A DNA stretch of 64,000 nt from NCBI GenBank assembly GCA_963840855.1, contig CAWJBB010000066.1:25746-89745 (forward strand), given 5' to 3'. Made by a program: the position numbers and the translations under genes. Below the pieces are notes generated by a model. It did not search any database and was not told the DNA's origin. It saw only the letters and a list, made by a program, of their open reading frames with translations. Shown in pieces: positions 10,597 to 19,332 of the stretch. The stretch comes from an uncultured delta proteobacterium (GTDB taxonomy: Bacteria > Desulfobacterota > Binatia > UBA9968). Position 1 is the stretch's first letter, and every line of letters starts with the position of its first letter.

Positions 10597-13500
10597 TTAA
10601 TGCTGAGCAAGAGTCATTCGCGCTTGCCGCGGCCAGCTTCTCATCACTAGATCAGCAAGAAACAAAATCAGTCCGGCGCCTGCCAACGGCCACCAGGTTT
10701 CGTGGCCGCGGGAGGCTCTTCCCGGCGACGGCGTGTAGAGCCGTCTAAGCCCCGCCGAAAAATTTTCCGGATCGAGCATCTCGCCGCCGGTCTCCTCGGC
10801 GAGACGGCTGAGCAACGCGAGATTGGGCCGCAACTCGCGGTATTCTTTCGGATAGGGCGCGACGTATGGGATAGTCACCACGGATGACGGCGCTTCCCCC
10901 GCGTTACCTTCGGCAAAAAGTGTCACAAAATGAATCCCTCGCTCGGCTGGTGTGAACTTTCCTTCGTAACGACCCGGCGCGCTTTGCAGCAAGGTGTTTT
11001 TTTGCGTGCTTCGGTTCGGCGCCGTGACGTTGCCGTAAAGCTTTAGATGGTTCATGAATTGGCCGTCTTTGGAGATAAAATCCGCGACGACTCTTACCGC
11101 GTCGCCATCAGCATGAAACTCCGCGCGCATGCGCGTTTCAACAATTTTCCGCATGGTGTCGCGCGCCAGTTGGCCGGCCCATTGGGGCAAACCCTGCCAC
11201 GCCACCCATTCCTTGCCCCAGCGCCCGCTCAAGTCCGAAGTAAAAGCCATGACCCGCCCTAGTCCGTGCCGCCAAGAAACCAGCAACGGATCTTCGCCCG
11301 CTTTCATGAGCAGTTCAGAGCGTTGTTTGGGATAGGTCAGGACATAGCCGCGCAGGCGCGGCAACGACCCTTGAGCGATTCCACGAAGCGGCCCCGCCGG
11401 CGCTGTCACGCGCGGCGCAAAGGTTTTTTCGATCAATAGATCACGTGAGATCAACAGCGTCTCGGTGGTGAAAATCTGCGGGATCGTTTGCGGATCAAGG
11501 GCAACATAGCCGCGACCTTTGCCCTCGCGCGCGATCTCCGCCATCAATTTCACATCGGCGTCGTTGCCCACCGAAACCGTCGACACCGTGACGCCGGCGC
11601 GCCCCAACTGTTGGACCAATGATTGAAAATCCGCTTTGTCGGTGAGACCGTCGGATAGCACGATGACATGTTTGATCGCCGCCTCCTTGCCGATGATGGC
11701 CCGTCGCGCTTCAACCATTGCCTTGTACATATCCGTGCCGCCGTCAGATTGCAGTGCCGCGAGCTTGTCGTTGATCCACTCGCCTTTACCGACGGGGCGA
11801 AAGGGCAGCGTCCAGTCCCACGCCGCGTCAAAAGCAAGGATGCCGATCTGGTCGGTGGGATTCATGATATCCGCCGCCGCGATAGCCGCGGCTTTCGCCA
11901 AGTCCAGCTTCGTGCCTCCCTCCGGGCCGGCGCCCATGCTGCCCGACTTGTCGAGCACGAAAAGCAACGCCACGTGGGGCAAATCGAGGCGCGCCGGCGG
12001 GCGCATCTCCACCGGTAGGATGCGTTCCAACGGCGTCCGGAAATAACCTCCGGCGCCGTAACTCTGAGAGCCGCCGACGACCAGTAGGCCGCCGCCCAAA
12101 TCCCGGACGTAGGTCTCGATGTTTTCCATTTTTGCGTGGGTCAAGTGAAAGGCGGGCACGTTGTCGAGAATCACAAGATCGTAGGATGACAGCTCGGGAA
12201 GCGCCAGCGCGCTCGCCTCCGGCGCGGATTCCGTCACGGTGAAACCCTGCACGCGCAGTACGCGCGCGAGAAAACGCTGGCTGTCCGGTTGAGACGAAAG
12301 CAACAGAACTCTCGGCGGCCCCTTCACTTCGACCACGCCTTGCAACAGATTATTCTCCGCGAGGGTATCATCCTTCGCCTCGACCAGCAGCTCGTAGCTA
12401 TGGCTGCCGCGCTCGCCTAGACTATCGCGGAAACCGATCTCGTTGACTCCGGCTTTAAGTTGCAACTCGCGCTCGCCGGCCAGAACTCCGTCGCGCAATA
12501 GTTTGACGCGGGCGGGCGCATCGCGCAGGCTTTCGATTTTACCAGACACTTCGAACGCCTCGGCGCTGTCTACTTGGCGGGGCAGAACCAGGTCGCTGAG
12601 AAAAACTTCGTTGCGCCCGCGGGCCAGGCTCACGGGCAGAGTCCAAACTTGCGTCCCCTGCGAACGCAAGAGCGGAATGATGCGGGAGCTGTCGCCGCGA
12701 TTTTCATTGCCGTCGGACAGCAAAAGCAACTTTCCCTGGCGCCCTTCGCCGATCTGGGCCAGGCCCGCTTGGAGGGCCGCCTGCACATCGGTTGCTTCGC
12801 GGTCCAGGCGCGCGGCAAAATCCGCCGCGGGAAAGTCGCGGCGCGGTGGAAATTCCCACTCCGGCGCGCGCCCGAATGTAAGCAGTCCGGTGCGCGTGTC
12901 GGCATCCGTTAAACGAGCCGCTACCTCCTCCAAAAGCTCGCGGGCTTTTTCCCTCCCTTCTTGTCCCACGCTGCGAGATACATCTACGCTCAATATGACG
13001 TCGAGGGCTTCAGCGGCTTGGAAAATTTTCGGATTCACGCAGGCCAGAATAAGGGCGGCAACCGCGCCGACGCGGAGCACCAGCGGCGAGAGCGAAAGCC
13101 TCATCCGGAAAGCCAAGATCAATTCCACGGCCAACAACAGGAGCACGGCGGCGAGCAGGAAAGGCCAAAGTGAGAAACCCGCTTCCGTAACGCCGCCGTC
13201 TCGCCCGGCGGGCGGCGCGGCCGGCGCCGTAGCGCCCACCCGGGCGCCAATGTTGGATTCCTCTTCGTCAAAAAGATTGACCGCAAAGCGACCTTCGCGG
13301 CTAGCGCTTTTGTATGTGTAAACGCCCACTTCCAGGGTATCGCCGAATACTACGGGATTCCTAATCACTGCCAATCGCTCTTTCCGTCCCGACGGCGCGG
13401 TGATCTCAAGCTCCCCGTCACCCGGCGGAACAAAGATCGGGACCGGACCGCCGGCGCGCACGCCGTCGGCGGGAAACTCACGGCGCCCCGGCTGAAACCA

Positions 13501-14958
13501 TTCGAAGACGTTGTGGAACAGGACCGGAAAAGCCACGCGGAATGGCAGGTCGGAAGCCATCAGATCAAAACCGATGAACAGCGCCCGCAGTTTGGCGCGC
13601 TCGAAGGCAACCAGCAGCGGGCCACCCGCCGCCCGCGCCAATACGATACTGTCGCCGTCGGCGGCCACACGCAAAGACTCCTGCACATGCATGTCGCCCA
13701 GACTCAAGCCCGCGGTAACCGGGTGTTTCGCCAACGGCGCGCTGATACGCGGCGTTCGCACTTCGCCCTGGAGGCTCAGGGGGAGGTTTGGCGCCACCGT
13801 GTTGATGAGAATCACATTGCCTTCGGTAAGTTCGGGAGCCGCCACGCGGTCGAAAATAATCACGTCATAAACGTCCCCTCGGCCGCCCTCGCGCCCCGAC
13901 GCGTCAGGCCTCCAGCTTGTCACAGCGGTCAGTTGCACGTTGGGGAAAAATCTTAACAAGTTGCTCAAGGCGGGGTTGCCAGGACCGACATAGAGCAGCC
14001 GCACCGGCGCCGCAGCGCTCACCGTGAGTGTGGCGCGATTGTCCGTGGCAAAATCATCGTCGATCTCCAGCTGCGCGGTGAGTGTGCCGACGGGAACGCC
14101 GTCATAGGGATAAACGAAGACGCGCCGGCCACCGGCCTCGATCATGATTTCCTGGCGCGCCAGGATCGTTTGTCCCAGCGCCAGCGTGAGTGGTGCCCGC
14201 GCGGCTCTAACGCCAAAGTTGCGCACCTGCGCCATCACTTCGTAGCGCTCCGAGCCGTCTGAATGGCGTCTGAGATCCAACCCGACGATGCCCAGGTTTT
14301 CCGCGCCGCCGGGGGTCTTGATCAAGCGCAGGTGCGCTGACTCACGGCTAAATTCCTCGGCGCCGGTAAAGGCACCGTCGGTAATGACGACGACACGGTC
14401 GGGACTGCCCTTTTTCAAAAAGGCATGGGCAAAGAGAATCGCGTCTTTTACACCCCCGGAAGCATCGACGGGCACAAGGTTCCGTCCGGCTTCCCTTAGC
14501 CGCCTTTTATCCGCGGTCAAGGGCACGATCAGACGGGTTTCAGAACCAACCCCGATGAGCATCATTTTTCGGTCGGCGGGCAAGGCATCGATCAAGGAGA
14601 GAAACTCCCGCCGCGCGGCGTCGAAGCGCGTGCCCGCTGGCCCTTTGGCCTTCATACTGGCGGTCAGATCCATGACCACGACGGTGTCCCCGGCGGGCGC
14701 ACCGAAATAGAGCAGCGATGGATCGGCCAGAGCCGCGATCAGCAGAATCGCGGCGAGCAACTGCAAAATCAAAAGCAGATTCTTGCGCAGGAGCCAGCCC
14801 AGCCGCGTCGCCAGGGGACGCTCCTTCAACACCCGCTCCCAGATAAAGAGCGTCGTCGTGCTGACCTTCAATCCCCTTGGCCTGAGACTGTGGAGAAACA
14901 GTATCAGGGGCACGGCCCCGAAAATAACCAACAGCGCGGATGGCACGCTCCAAAGCAT
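10597..14958 (-). CDS. Large membrane protein: BatA-like N-terminus, three VWA domains and a GATase-like (DUF1355-type) domain
   Basis: MIDAS-like DLTAS/ITDG, DVSRS/LSDG and DKSGS/LSDG; YDLVILDNV..GGGLLVVGG..GGY..PLE.ILPV; TM segments at the N-terminus, middle and C-terminus. Confidence 0.85.
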   Translation of the reverse strand: MLWSVPSALLVIFGAVPLILFLHSLRPRGLKVSTTTLFIWERVLKERPLATRLGWLLRKNLLLILQLLAAILLIAALADPSLLYFGAPAGDTVVVMDLTASMKAKGPAGTRFDAARREFLSLIDALPADRKMMLIGVGSETRLIVPLTADKRRLREAGRNLVPVDASGGVKDAILFAHAFLKKGSPDRVVVITDGAFTGAEEFSRESAHLRLIKTPGGAENLGIVGLDLRRHSDGSERYEVMAQVRNFGVRAARAPLTLALGQTILARQEIMIEAGGRRVFVYPYDGVPVGTLTAQLEIDDDFATDNRATLTVSAAAPVRLLYVGPGNPALSNLLRFFPNVQLTAVTSWRPDASGREGGRGDVYDVIIFDRVAAPELTEGNVILINTVAPNLPLSLQGEVRTPRISAPLAKHPVTAGLSLGDMHVQESLRVAADGDSIVLARAAGGPLLVAFERAKLRALFIGFDLMASDLPFRVAFPVLFHNVFEWFQPGRREFPADGVRAGGPVPIFVPPGDGELEITAPSGRKERLAVIRNPVVFGDTLEVGVYTYKSASREGRFAVNLFDEEESNIGARVGATAPAAPPAGRDGGVTEAGFSLWPFLLAAVLLLLAVELILAFRMRLSLSPLVLRVGAVAALILACVNPKIFQAAEALDVILSVDVSRSVGQEGREKARELLEEVAARLTDADTRTGLLTFGRAPEWEFPPRRDFPAADFAARLDREATDVQAALQAGLAQIGEGRQGKLLLLSDGNENRGDSSRIIPLLRSQGTQVWTLPVSLARGRNEVFLSDLVLPRQVDSAEAFEVSGKIESLRDAPARVKLLRDGVLAGERELQLKAGVNEIGFRDSLGERGSHSYELLVEAKDDTLAENNLLQGVVEVKGPPRVLLLSSQPDSQRFLARVLRVQGFTVTESAPEASALALPELSSYDLVILDNVPAFHLTHAKMENIETYVRDLGGGLLVVGGSQSYGAGGYFRTPLERILPVEMRPPARLDLPHVALLFVLDKSGSMGAGPEGGTKLDLAKAAAIAAADIMNPTDQIGILAFDAAWDWTLPFRPVGKGEWINDKLAALQSDGGTDMYKAMVEARRAIIGKEAAIKHVIVLSDGLTDKADFQSLVQQLGRAGVTVSTVSVGNDADVKLMAEIAREGKGRGYVALDPQTIPQIFTTETLLISRDLLIEKTFAPRVTAPAGPLRGIAQGSLPRLRGYVLTYPKQRSELLMKAGEDPLLVSWRHGLGRVMAFTSDLSGRWGKEWVAWQGLPQWAGQLARDTMRKIVETRMRAEFHADGDAVRVVADFISKDGQFMNHLKLYGNVTAPNRSTQKNTLLQSAPGRYEGKFTPAERGIHFVTLFAEGNAGEAPSSVVTIPYVAPYPKEYRELRPNLALLSRLAEETGGEMLDPENFSAGLRRLYTPSPGRASRGHETWWPLAGAGLILFLADLVMRSWPRQARMTLAQH

Positions 14959-14961
14959 GGT

Positions 14962-16038
14962 TCAAGTTACGCTGCTGACCTGGCGCAGCGATTTCAGCAC
15001 GAACTCGTCGAAAGGAACCTGAGTCGTGGTGCGCAGATAATCGATCCCGAGGCTCGCGCAAGCCGATTCGATGTCGCGAAAATAGTTCGCCAGTTCCTCT
15101 TGAAAGCGGCGCGCGAGCTCCGCGTCCACGAACAACCGGCGCTCGCGGCGGCCCTCCGCGTCCACCAGCGCCACGTCGCCCCAAAAGCCGGGCTGCGTCT
15201 CTTCCTCGTCGAGAATATGGATGATCAAGATCTGGTATTTTTTTCGCGCCAGTTCCTCCACCGCGGCACGCCAACCCGCCGGATCGAACAAGTCACTCAC
15301 GACCACCGCGAGACCGGGATGAGGAAACAAGGTGGTAAACTTGTGTATGGCCGCCCGGAGATCAGTTGGGCCGGCGCAGGAAAGCCGGTTGAGGAAGCCA
15401 AAGAGACGGAGAATTTGCGTTCGTCCCCGGCCTAATTTAAGCGGCGCCTGTAAGGTGGAAGAAAACGCCGCGCCGCCGACGCGGTCGAGATTTTTAAGCC
15501 CGATATAACCAAGGGCCGCCGCGACTTTTTTTGCGTAGCCGATCTTCGCCGACTCGACTTCGGCCGTAGCGGCCGAACAAGCCATAGACCCGCTCGTGTC
15601 AACCAGGAGATAAATGTTCATCTCTTCCTCGGCGGTGAACACTTTGAGCAGCAGCCGGTCGAGGCGGCGGTAAATATTCCAATCGACGTAGCGCAGATCA
15701 TCGCCGCGTTGGTATCGGCGGTAATCCGAGAACTCCAGACTGTAACCCTTGCGCGAAGCCGCGTGTTCGCCCTTGGCCCCCGCCCAGTCGAGGCGCTTGG
15801 CAATCAAGTGCAGCCGTTCGAGTTTTTTCAGAAAGTCGGCATCAAAGAACGTTTCGGGTCTTGAGTCCAGGGTCTCGTGTTGCGGGCCTGTCGGTTTTTG
15901 CGGCTGTGTGTCGCTAAAATTGTCACTCCATCCTCTGCGCAGAATCTTCGCGCCGGAACCACGCAGAAACTTCAAGAAAAACGCCGCGACCCGCGCGGGC
16001 GCAGACCCTAGACCTGAGACTCGAGACTCTAGACTCAT
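14962..16038 (-). CDS. DUF58 domain protein (MoxR partner); N-terminal ~60 aa appear repeat-derived
   Basis: SLEFSDYRRYQRGDDLRYVDWN, LLVDTSGSM and VVVSDLFD motifs. Confidence 0.92.
   Translation of the reverse strand: MSLESRVSGLGSAPARVAAFFLKFLRGSGAKILRRGWSDNFSDTQPQKPTGPQHETLDSRPETFFDADFLKKLERLHLIAKRLDWAGAKGEHAASRKGYSLEFSDYRRYQRGDDLRYVDWNIYRRLDRLLLKVFTAEEEMNIYLLVDTSGSMACSAATAEVESAKIGYAKKVAAALGYIGLKNLDRVGGAAFSSTLQAPLKLGRGRTQILRLFGFLNRLSCAGPTDLRAAIHKFTTLFPHPGLAVVVSDLFDPAGWRAAVEELARKKYQILIIHILDEEETQPGFWGDVALVDAEGRRERRLFVDAELARRFQEELANYFRDIESACASLGIDYLRTTTQVPFDEFVLKSLRQVSSVT
15852..16035. repeat. Inverted arms of degenerate AGACTCG/CTAGACC heptamer repeats
   Basis: tttcgggtcttgagtccagggtctcg ... 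agaccctagacctgagactcgagactctagact; related copy at 37021-37090. Confidence 0.65.
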
Positions 16039-16046
16039 GGTTTTTC

Positions 16047-17054
16047 TTATAGAACTTCCGGCACCTGCCGAACGACTTCGGCAAGAATTTTTTCCGCGTT
16101 GATCCCTTCGGCATCCGCCTCCAGGTTGAGAATCAAGCGATGACGCAGGCTGGGCGCGATCATCGACCGAATATCCTCGAAAGAAACATTGGGCCGGCCC
16201 GACAACAGCGCCCGCGCCTTGCCCGCGAGAATCAAGCTTTGCAGCCCCCTGGGGCTGGAGCCGTAGTGCACGAAGCGGCGCGCTAGCTCAACGCCACTGT
16301 CGTCGGCTTCCCGCCCCGGGTGGGTGGCGAGGATCAAGCGCACGGCGTAGTCCTTCACCGTCGCCGCCAGCGGCACTTCACGCACCCACTGACGGATCTC
16401 CAGGATCGCCGCGCCGTCCAAGACCTCCCTGAGCACTCCCGGCGGAGCCGCTGTGGTAAGGTCGGCTATCCGGCTCAGCTCTTCGCGGCTGGGATATTCC
16501 AGCAGCAGCTTGAAGAAAAAACGGTCCACCTGCGCCTCCGGCAGAGGGTACGTGCCTTCCATCTCCAGCGGGTTTTGGGTCGCGAGCACCATGAATGGAC
16601 TTTCCAGACGGTGCCCCTTGCCGCCTACAGTAACGCTCTGCTCTTGCATCGCTTCCAAAAGCGCTGACTGCGTCTTAGGCGTGGCGCGGTTGATTTCGTC
16701 GGCGAGAACGATATTGGCGAAGATCGGACCGCTCTGGAACTCGAAGATCTTCCGCCCCGACGGATCGTCGGCGAGCAGGTTGGTGCCCGTGATGTCCGCC
16801 GGCATCAAATCCGGCGTGAATTGGACACGCGAGAAGCTCAGGCTGAGGATCTCGCCGAGACTGCGCACCATCAGCGTCTTACCCAATCCGGGGACGCCTT
16901 CGAGCAAACAGTGGCCGCCGCAGACCAGGGCGATAAAAACCTGCTCGATCAACGCTTCGTGGCCGACAATCATTCGCGCCATTTCGCTTTTCAGTTCCGC
17001 AAACGAACGGCGCGCGCGCCCGATGCGTTGCTCAATGTCTTCAACGGATTCCAT
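16047..17054 (-). CDS. MoxR family AAA+ ATPase
   Basis: GVPGLGKT, RVQFTPDLMPADITG, LADEINRATPKTQSALLEAM and ATQNPLEMEGTYPLPEAQ motifs. Start placed at ATG 17054 because upstream codons are repeat-derived. Confidence 0.96.
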   Translation of the reverse strand: MESVEDIEQRIGRARRSFAELKSEMARMIVGHEALIEQVFIALVCGGHCLLEGVPGLGKTLMVRSLGEILSLSFSRVQFTPDLMPADITGTNLLADDPSGRKIFEFQSGPIFANIVLADEINRATPKTQSALLEAMQEQSVTVGGKGHRLESPFMVLATQNPLEMEGTYPLPEAQVDRFFFKLLLEYPSREELSRIADLTTAAPPGVLREVLDGAAILEIRQWVREVPLAATVKDYAVRLILATHPGREADDSGVELARRFVHYGSSPRGLQSLILAGKARALLSGRPNVSFEDIRSMIAPSLRHRLILNLEADAEGINAEKILAEVVRQVPEVL

Positions 17055-17097
17055 GATCAGGCTCCCGATCAAATCCAAGCAATGGCGTGCTGGACGC

Positions 17098-17200
17098 ACT
17101 GGAATGATGGGTGAGTCATCCTCCAACATTCCATCCCTCCATCAGTTGGATCCCTCATTCCACCAATATTCCAGTCTTCCATCGTTCCATATTCCAATCT
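17098..17200. repeat. Degenerate ~8-mer repeats (TTCCA-based) in an intergenic spacer
   Basis: ctggaatgatggg ... ccaacattccatccctccatca ... ccaatattccagtcttccatcgttccatattccaat. Confidence 0.6.
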
Positions 17201-17203
17201 TCG

Positions 17204-18595
17204 TCATTTCGCCTTTTCCAGCGAGAGAAAATAATTCTTTATCGTGTCCTTCAGCTCCGCGGGAATTTTTTCTGTGTTGAGCTCCGCTTCCGCCTGGCGC
17301 CGGTAGCTGGCGATCACTTCGTCTTGGGAAAGTTTGCTCTTGCCGGGAGCTGGTTTGGCCTTGAAAAAGATGCCGCTTCGCTCGCCTTCGCCGATCATGC
17401 CCTTCACTTGAGCGCGCGCTCCGCCTTGAAACTCCGGCAGCGATGGCGCTTGTGCCAAATTCTTTCCGGGCTCCTCTCCCGGCGCGGTGCCGGCATTTCT
17501 TTCACGCTGGCCGTCACCCGGGGTGTCCTGCTCTTTATTCCCGTCGGCTCGCGCCTGGGCGTCGCCTTGCTGGCCTTGGCCACGCTGCGCCAGCTGCTGC
17601 AGAAACTGTTCCGCTTCCAGGAGAGTGCGCCGATCGAGTTCACCGGCAACCTGTTGTTCCAATTTGTCGAGGAAAGATTTCATCTCGCCGCGGCTCAGCC
17701 CCTGGGCGCCGCGATTTTGCTGGTCCAATTGTTTATTGAATTGGCTTAAACCGGCGAAACGGTCTTGCCAGGATTGCCCTTCGCCGTCCGCCGAGTTGAA
17801 CCATTCGCGCGCGGCTTCCAGCTCAGCTCTGAGATCTTCGAGCTGCTGGCGGCTTTCAGCCACGCCGAATGGCGCTTGCCCGGCAGTGTTCCTTTCCGCT
17901 GCCATTTTTTTCGCCATGCCGGCCAGTTCGCTTTTGAATTGTTCATCGGCGGCCTTGGCATCGATGCCCCGCTGCGCGATCTTTTCCAGCTCGCGGCCGG
18001 CTTTGAGCGTCTGTGGCAAACTTTCGCTTTGCGCTTTCTCTTGGAGCTGGCGCGCGAACTCCCGCAGTTTTTGTGACAGCGAAGGCGGATGGCCCGGCCC
18101 GACGCGGTGAGCCTGAAACCCGGTATCGAAAAAGAGCATTGCCAGCCACAGCGCCAGCAGCGGCGCGATGAAATAGCCGTGCCAGCCCCATGAGCGTGGA
18201 AACAGCGCACGCGCGTCGAAGCTTTTTAGCTTGTCGCTCGCCTGGCGCAGCACCAAAAGCGCCACGGCTTTCGTTTCATTGCGCCGTAAAAGCTCCCAGG
18301 CCGTGGTGGCGCGCTCATCGAGACGGAGCGTCTTATCGAGAGCCGCCAGCGCCCGCGCCGTATCCTGGTCGCGCCAGCGCCGCGTGAAAAGTAAATAGGG
18401 CGTCAGCAGGGCGAAAACCGCCACCGGCGCCGCCCAGGCCCAGCCGCGCGAAATAGAAACAAATAGTGGCGCGCACATCGCCCCCAGGAGCGCATAAAAC
18501 AGCGCCACGATGAGAGTCGCTTCGTGCCGTTTACGCTTCTCCCAGCCGAGCAGCCGGGAGAATTGAGTTTGCAGCGTTTCTCTATCGGTGCCCAA
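17204..18595 (-). CDS. Membrane-anchored coiled-coil protein of the MoxR cluster
   Basis: TM pair, LDKTLRLDERATTAWE, a long Q/E/K-rich helical region and C-terminal IPAELKDTIKNYF. TTG start inferred right after the upstream stop. Confidence 0.75.
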   Translation of the reverse strand: MGTDRETLQTQFSRLLGWEKRKRHEATLIVALFYALLGAMCAPLFVSISRGWAWAAPVAVFALLTPYLLFTRRWRDQDTARALAALDKTLRLDERATTAWELLRRNETKAVALLVLRQASDKLKSFDARALFPRSWGWHGYFIAPLLALWLAMLFFDTGFQAHRVGPGHPPSLSQKLREFARQLQEKAQSESLPQTLKAGRELEKIAQRGIDAKAADEQFKSELAGMAKKMAAERNTAGQAPFGVAESRQQLEDLRAELEAAREWFNSADGEGQSWQDRFAGLSQFNKQLDQQNRGAQGLSRGEMKSFLDKLEQQVAGELDRRTLLEAEQFLQQLAQRGQGQQGDAQARADGNKEQDTPGDGQRERNAGTAPGEEPGKNLAQAPSLPEFQGGARAQVKGMIGEGERSGIFFKAKPAPGKSKLSQDEVIASYRRQAEAELNTEKIPAELKDTIKNYFLSLEKAK

Positions 18596-18597
18596 GC

Positions 18598-19332
18598 TTA
18601 CAGACCTCGTTTTAGCGCCCAGCGGTGGGCGGCCAGCCCGGCGCCGCCGAGCGCCAGGTGAAAACCAAAATGGACACTGTTGGCCGACCACTTCACTCCG
18701 GCGATGCTCAGCGGCGCCAACTCTTGCCGTCCAAGAACCGCGAGCAGATAGGCCACCGGGTTGAGCGGCAGGTAAACCAGCAGTGAAGCCACCGTCACAA
18801 AGAAAAAGAAACAACGAATAACCACCTGGCGGCTCTCCGGCCGGCGCTCCCATAAAACCAACGCTACGAGCCCCCAGACGCCGTAGCAAAGGGCATAAAA
18901 AGGTATCAGCGCCAGCGTCGCGGCCAAGCCGACCAGCGGCGCGCGCGCGATCGCCGCTGCCCAGATTAACAAGGGCGCGCTTAAGAGCAGCGAACAAACG
19001 ATATGCACGACGAGAAACTCCGCTTGGCCTTTCGCCACGACGCCGGCCGGTTGGCCGCTGTCGCGCAGCCAGTGTTTAAGCGGCTTAAAGCGCCATGGCG
19101 CAAATTCCTGGTTCGCCACCCGCAACGCGAAATAAACGATCAGCAGTACAGCGGTAGACGAGCAGACTTTGAAGAGATTGCCCGAGCCGCTCCACATCTG
19201 CGCGTCCAGTGACGGCAGATAAAGCGCTAGAAACTCGACCGGCGCGAGAATGATCAGCAGGTAGAAATAAACCGGCAGACCATGTCCTTCAGCAAAAAAA
19301 ACCTCGAGGCTTTCGCGCAGTACGGGATTCAT
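18598..19332 (-). CDS. ABC-2 permease-like integral membrane protein
   Basis: MNPVLRE start, about six hydrophobic segments and an LNP motif; overlaps the upstream gene by 4 nt. Confidence 0.7.
   Translation of the reverse strand: MNPVLRESLEVFFAEGHGLPVYFYLLIILAPVEFLALYLPSLDAQMWSGSGNLFKVCSSTAVLLIVYFALRVANQEFAPWRFKPLKHWLRDSGQPAGVVAKGQAEFLVVHIVCSLLLSAPLLIWAAAIARAPLVGLAATLALIPFYALCYGVWGLVALVLWERRPESRQVVIRCFFFFVTVASLLVYLPLNPVAYLLAVLGRQELAPLSIAGVKWSANSVHFGFHLALGGAGLAAHRWALKRGL

Noticed and set aside
18596-18997. 597-aa version of ORF 17204..18997
   Set aside because: The N-terminal extension overlaps the permease-like gene in another frame; the real start is probably TTG 18595.
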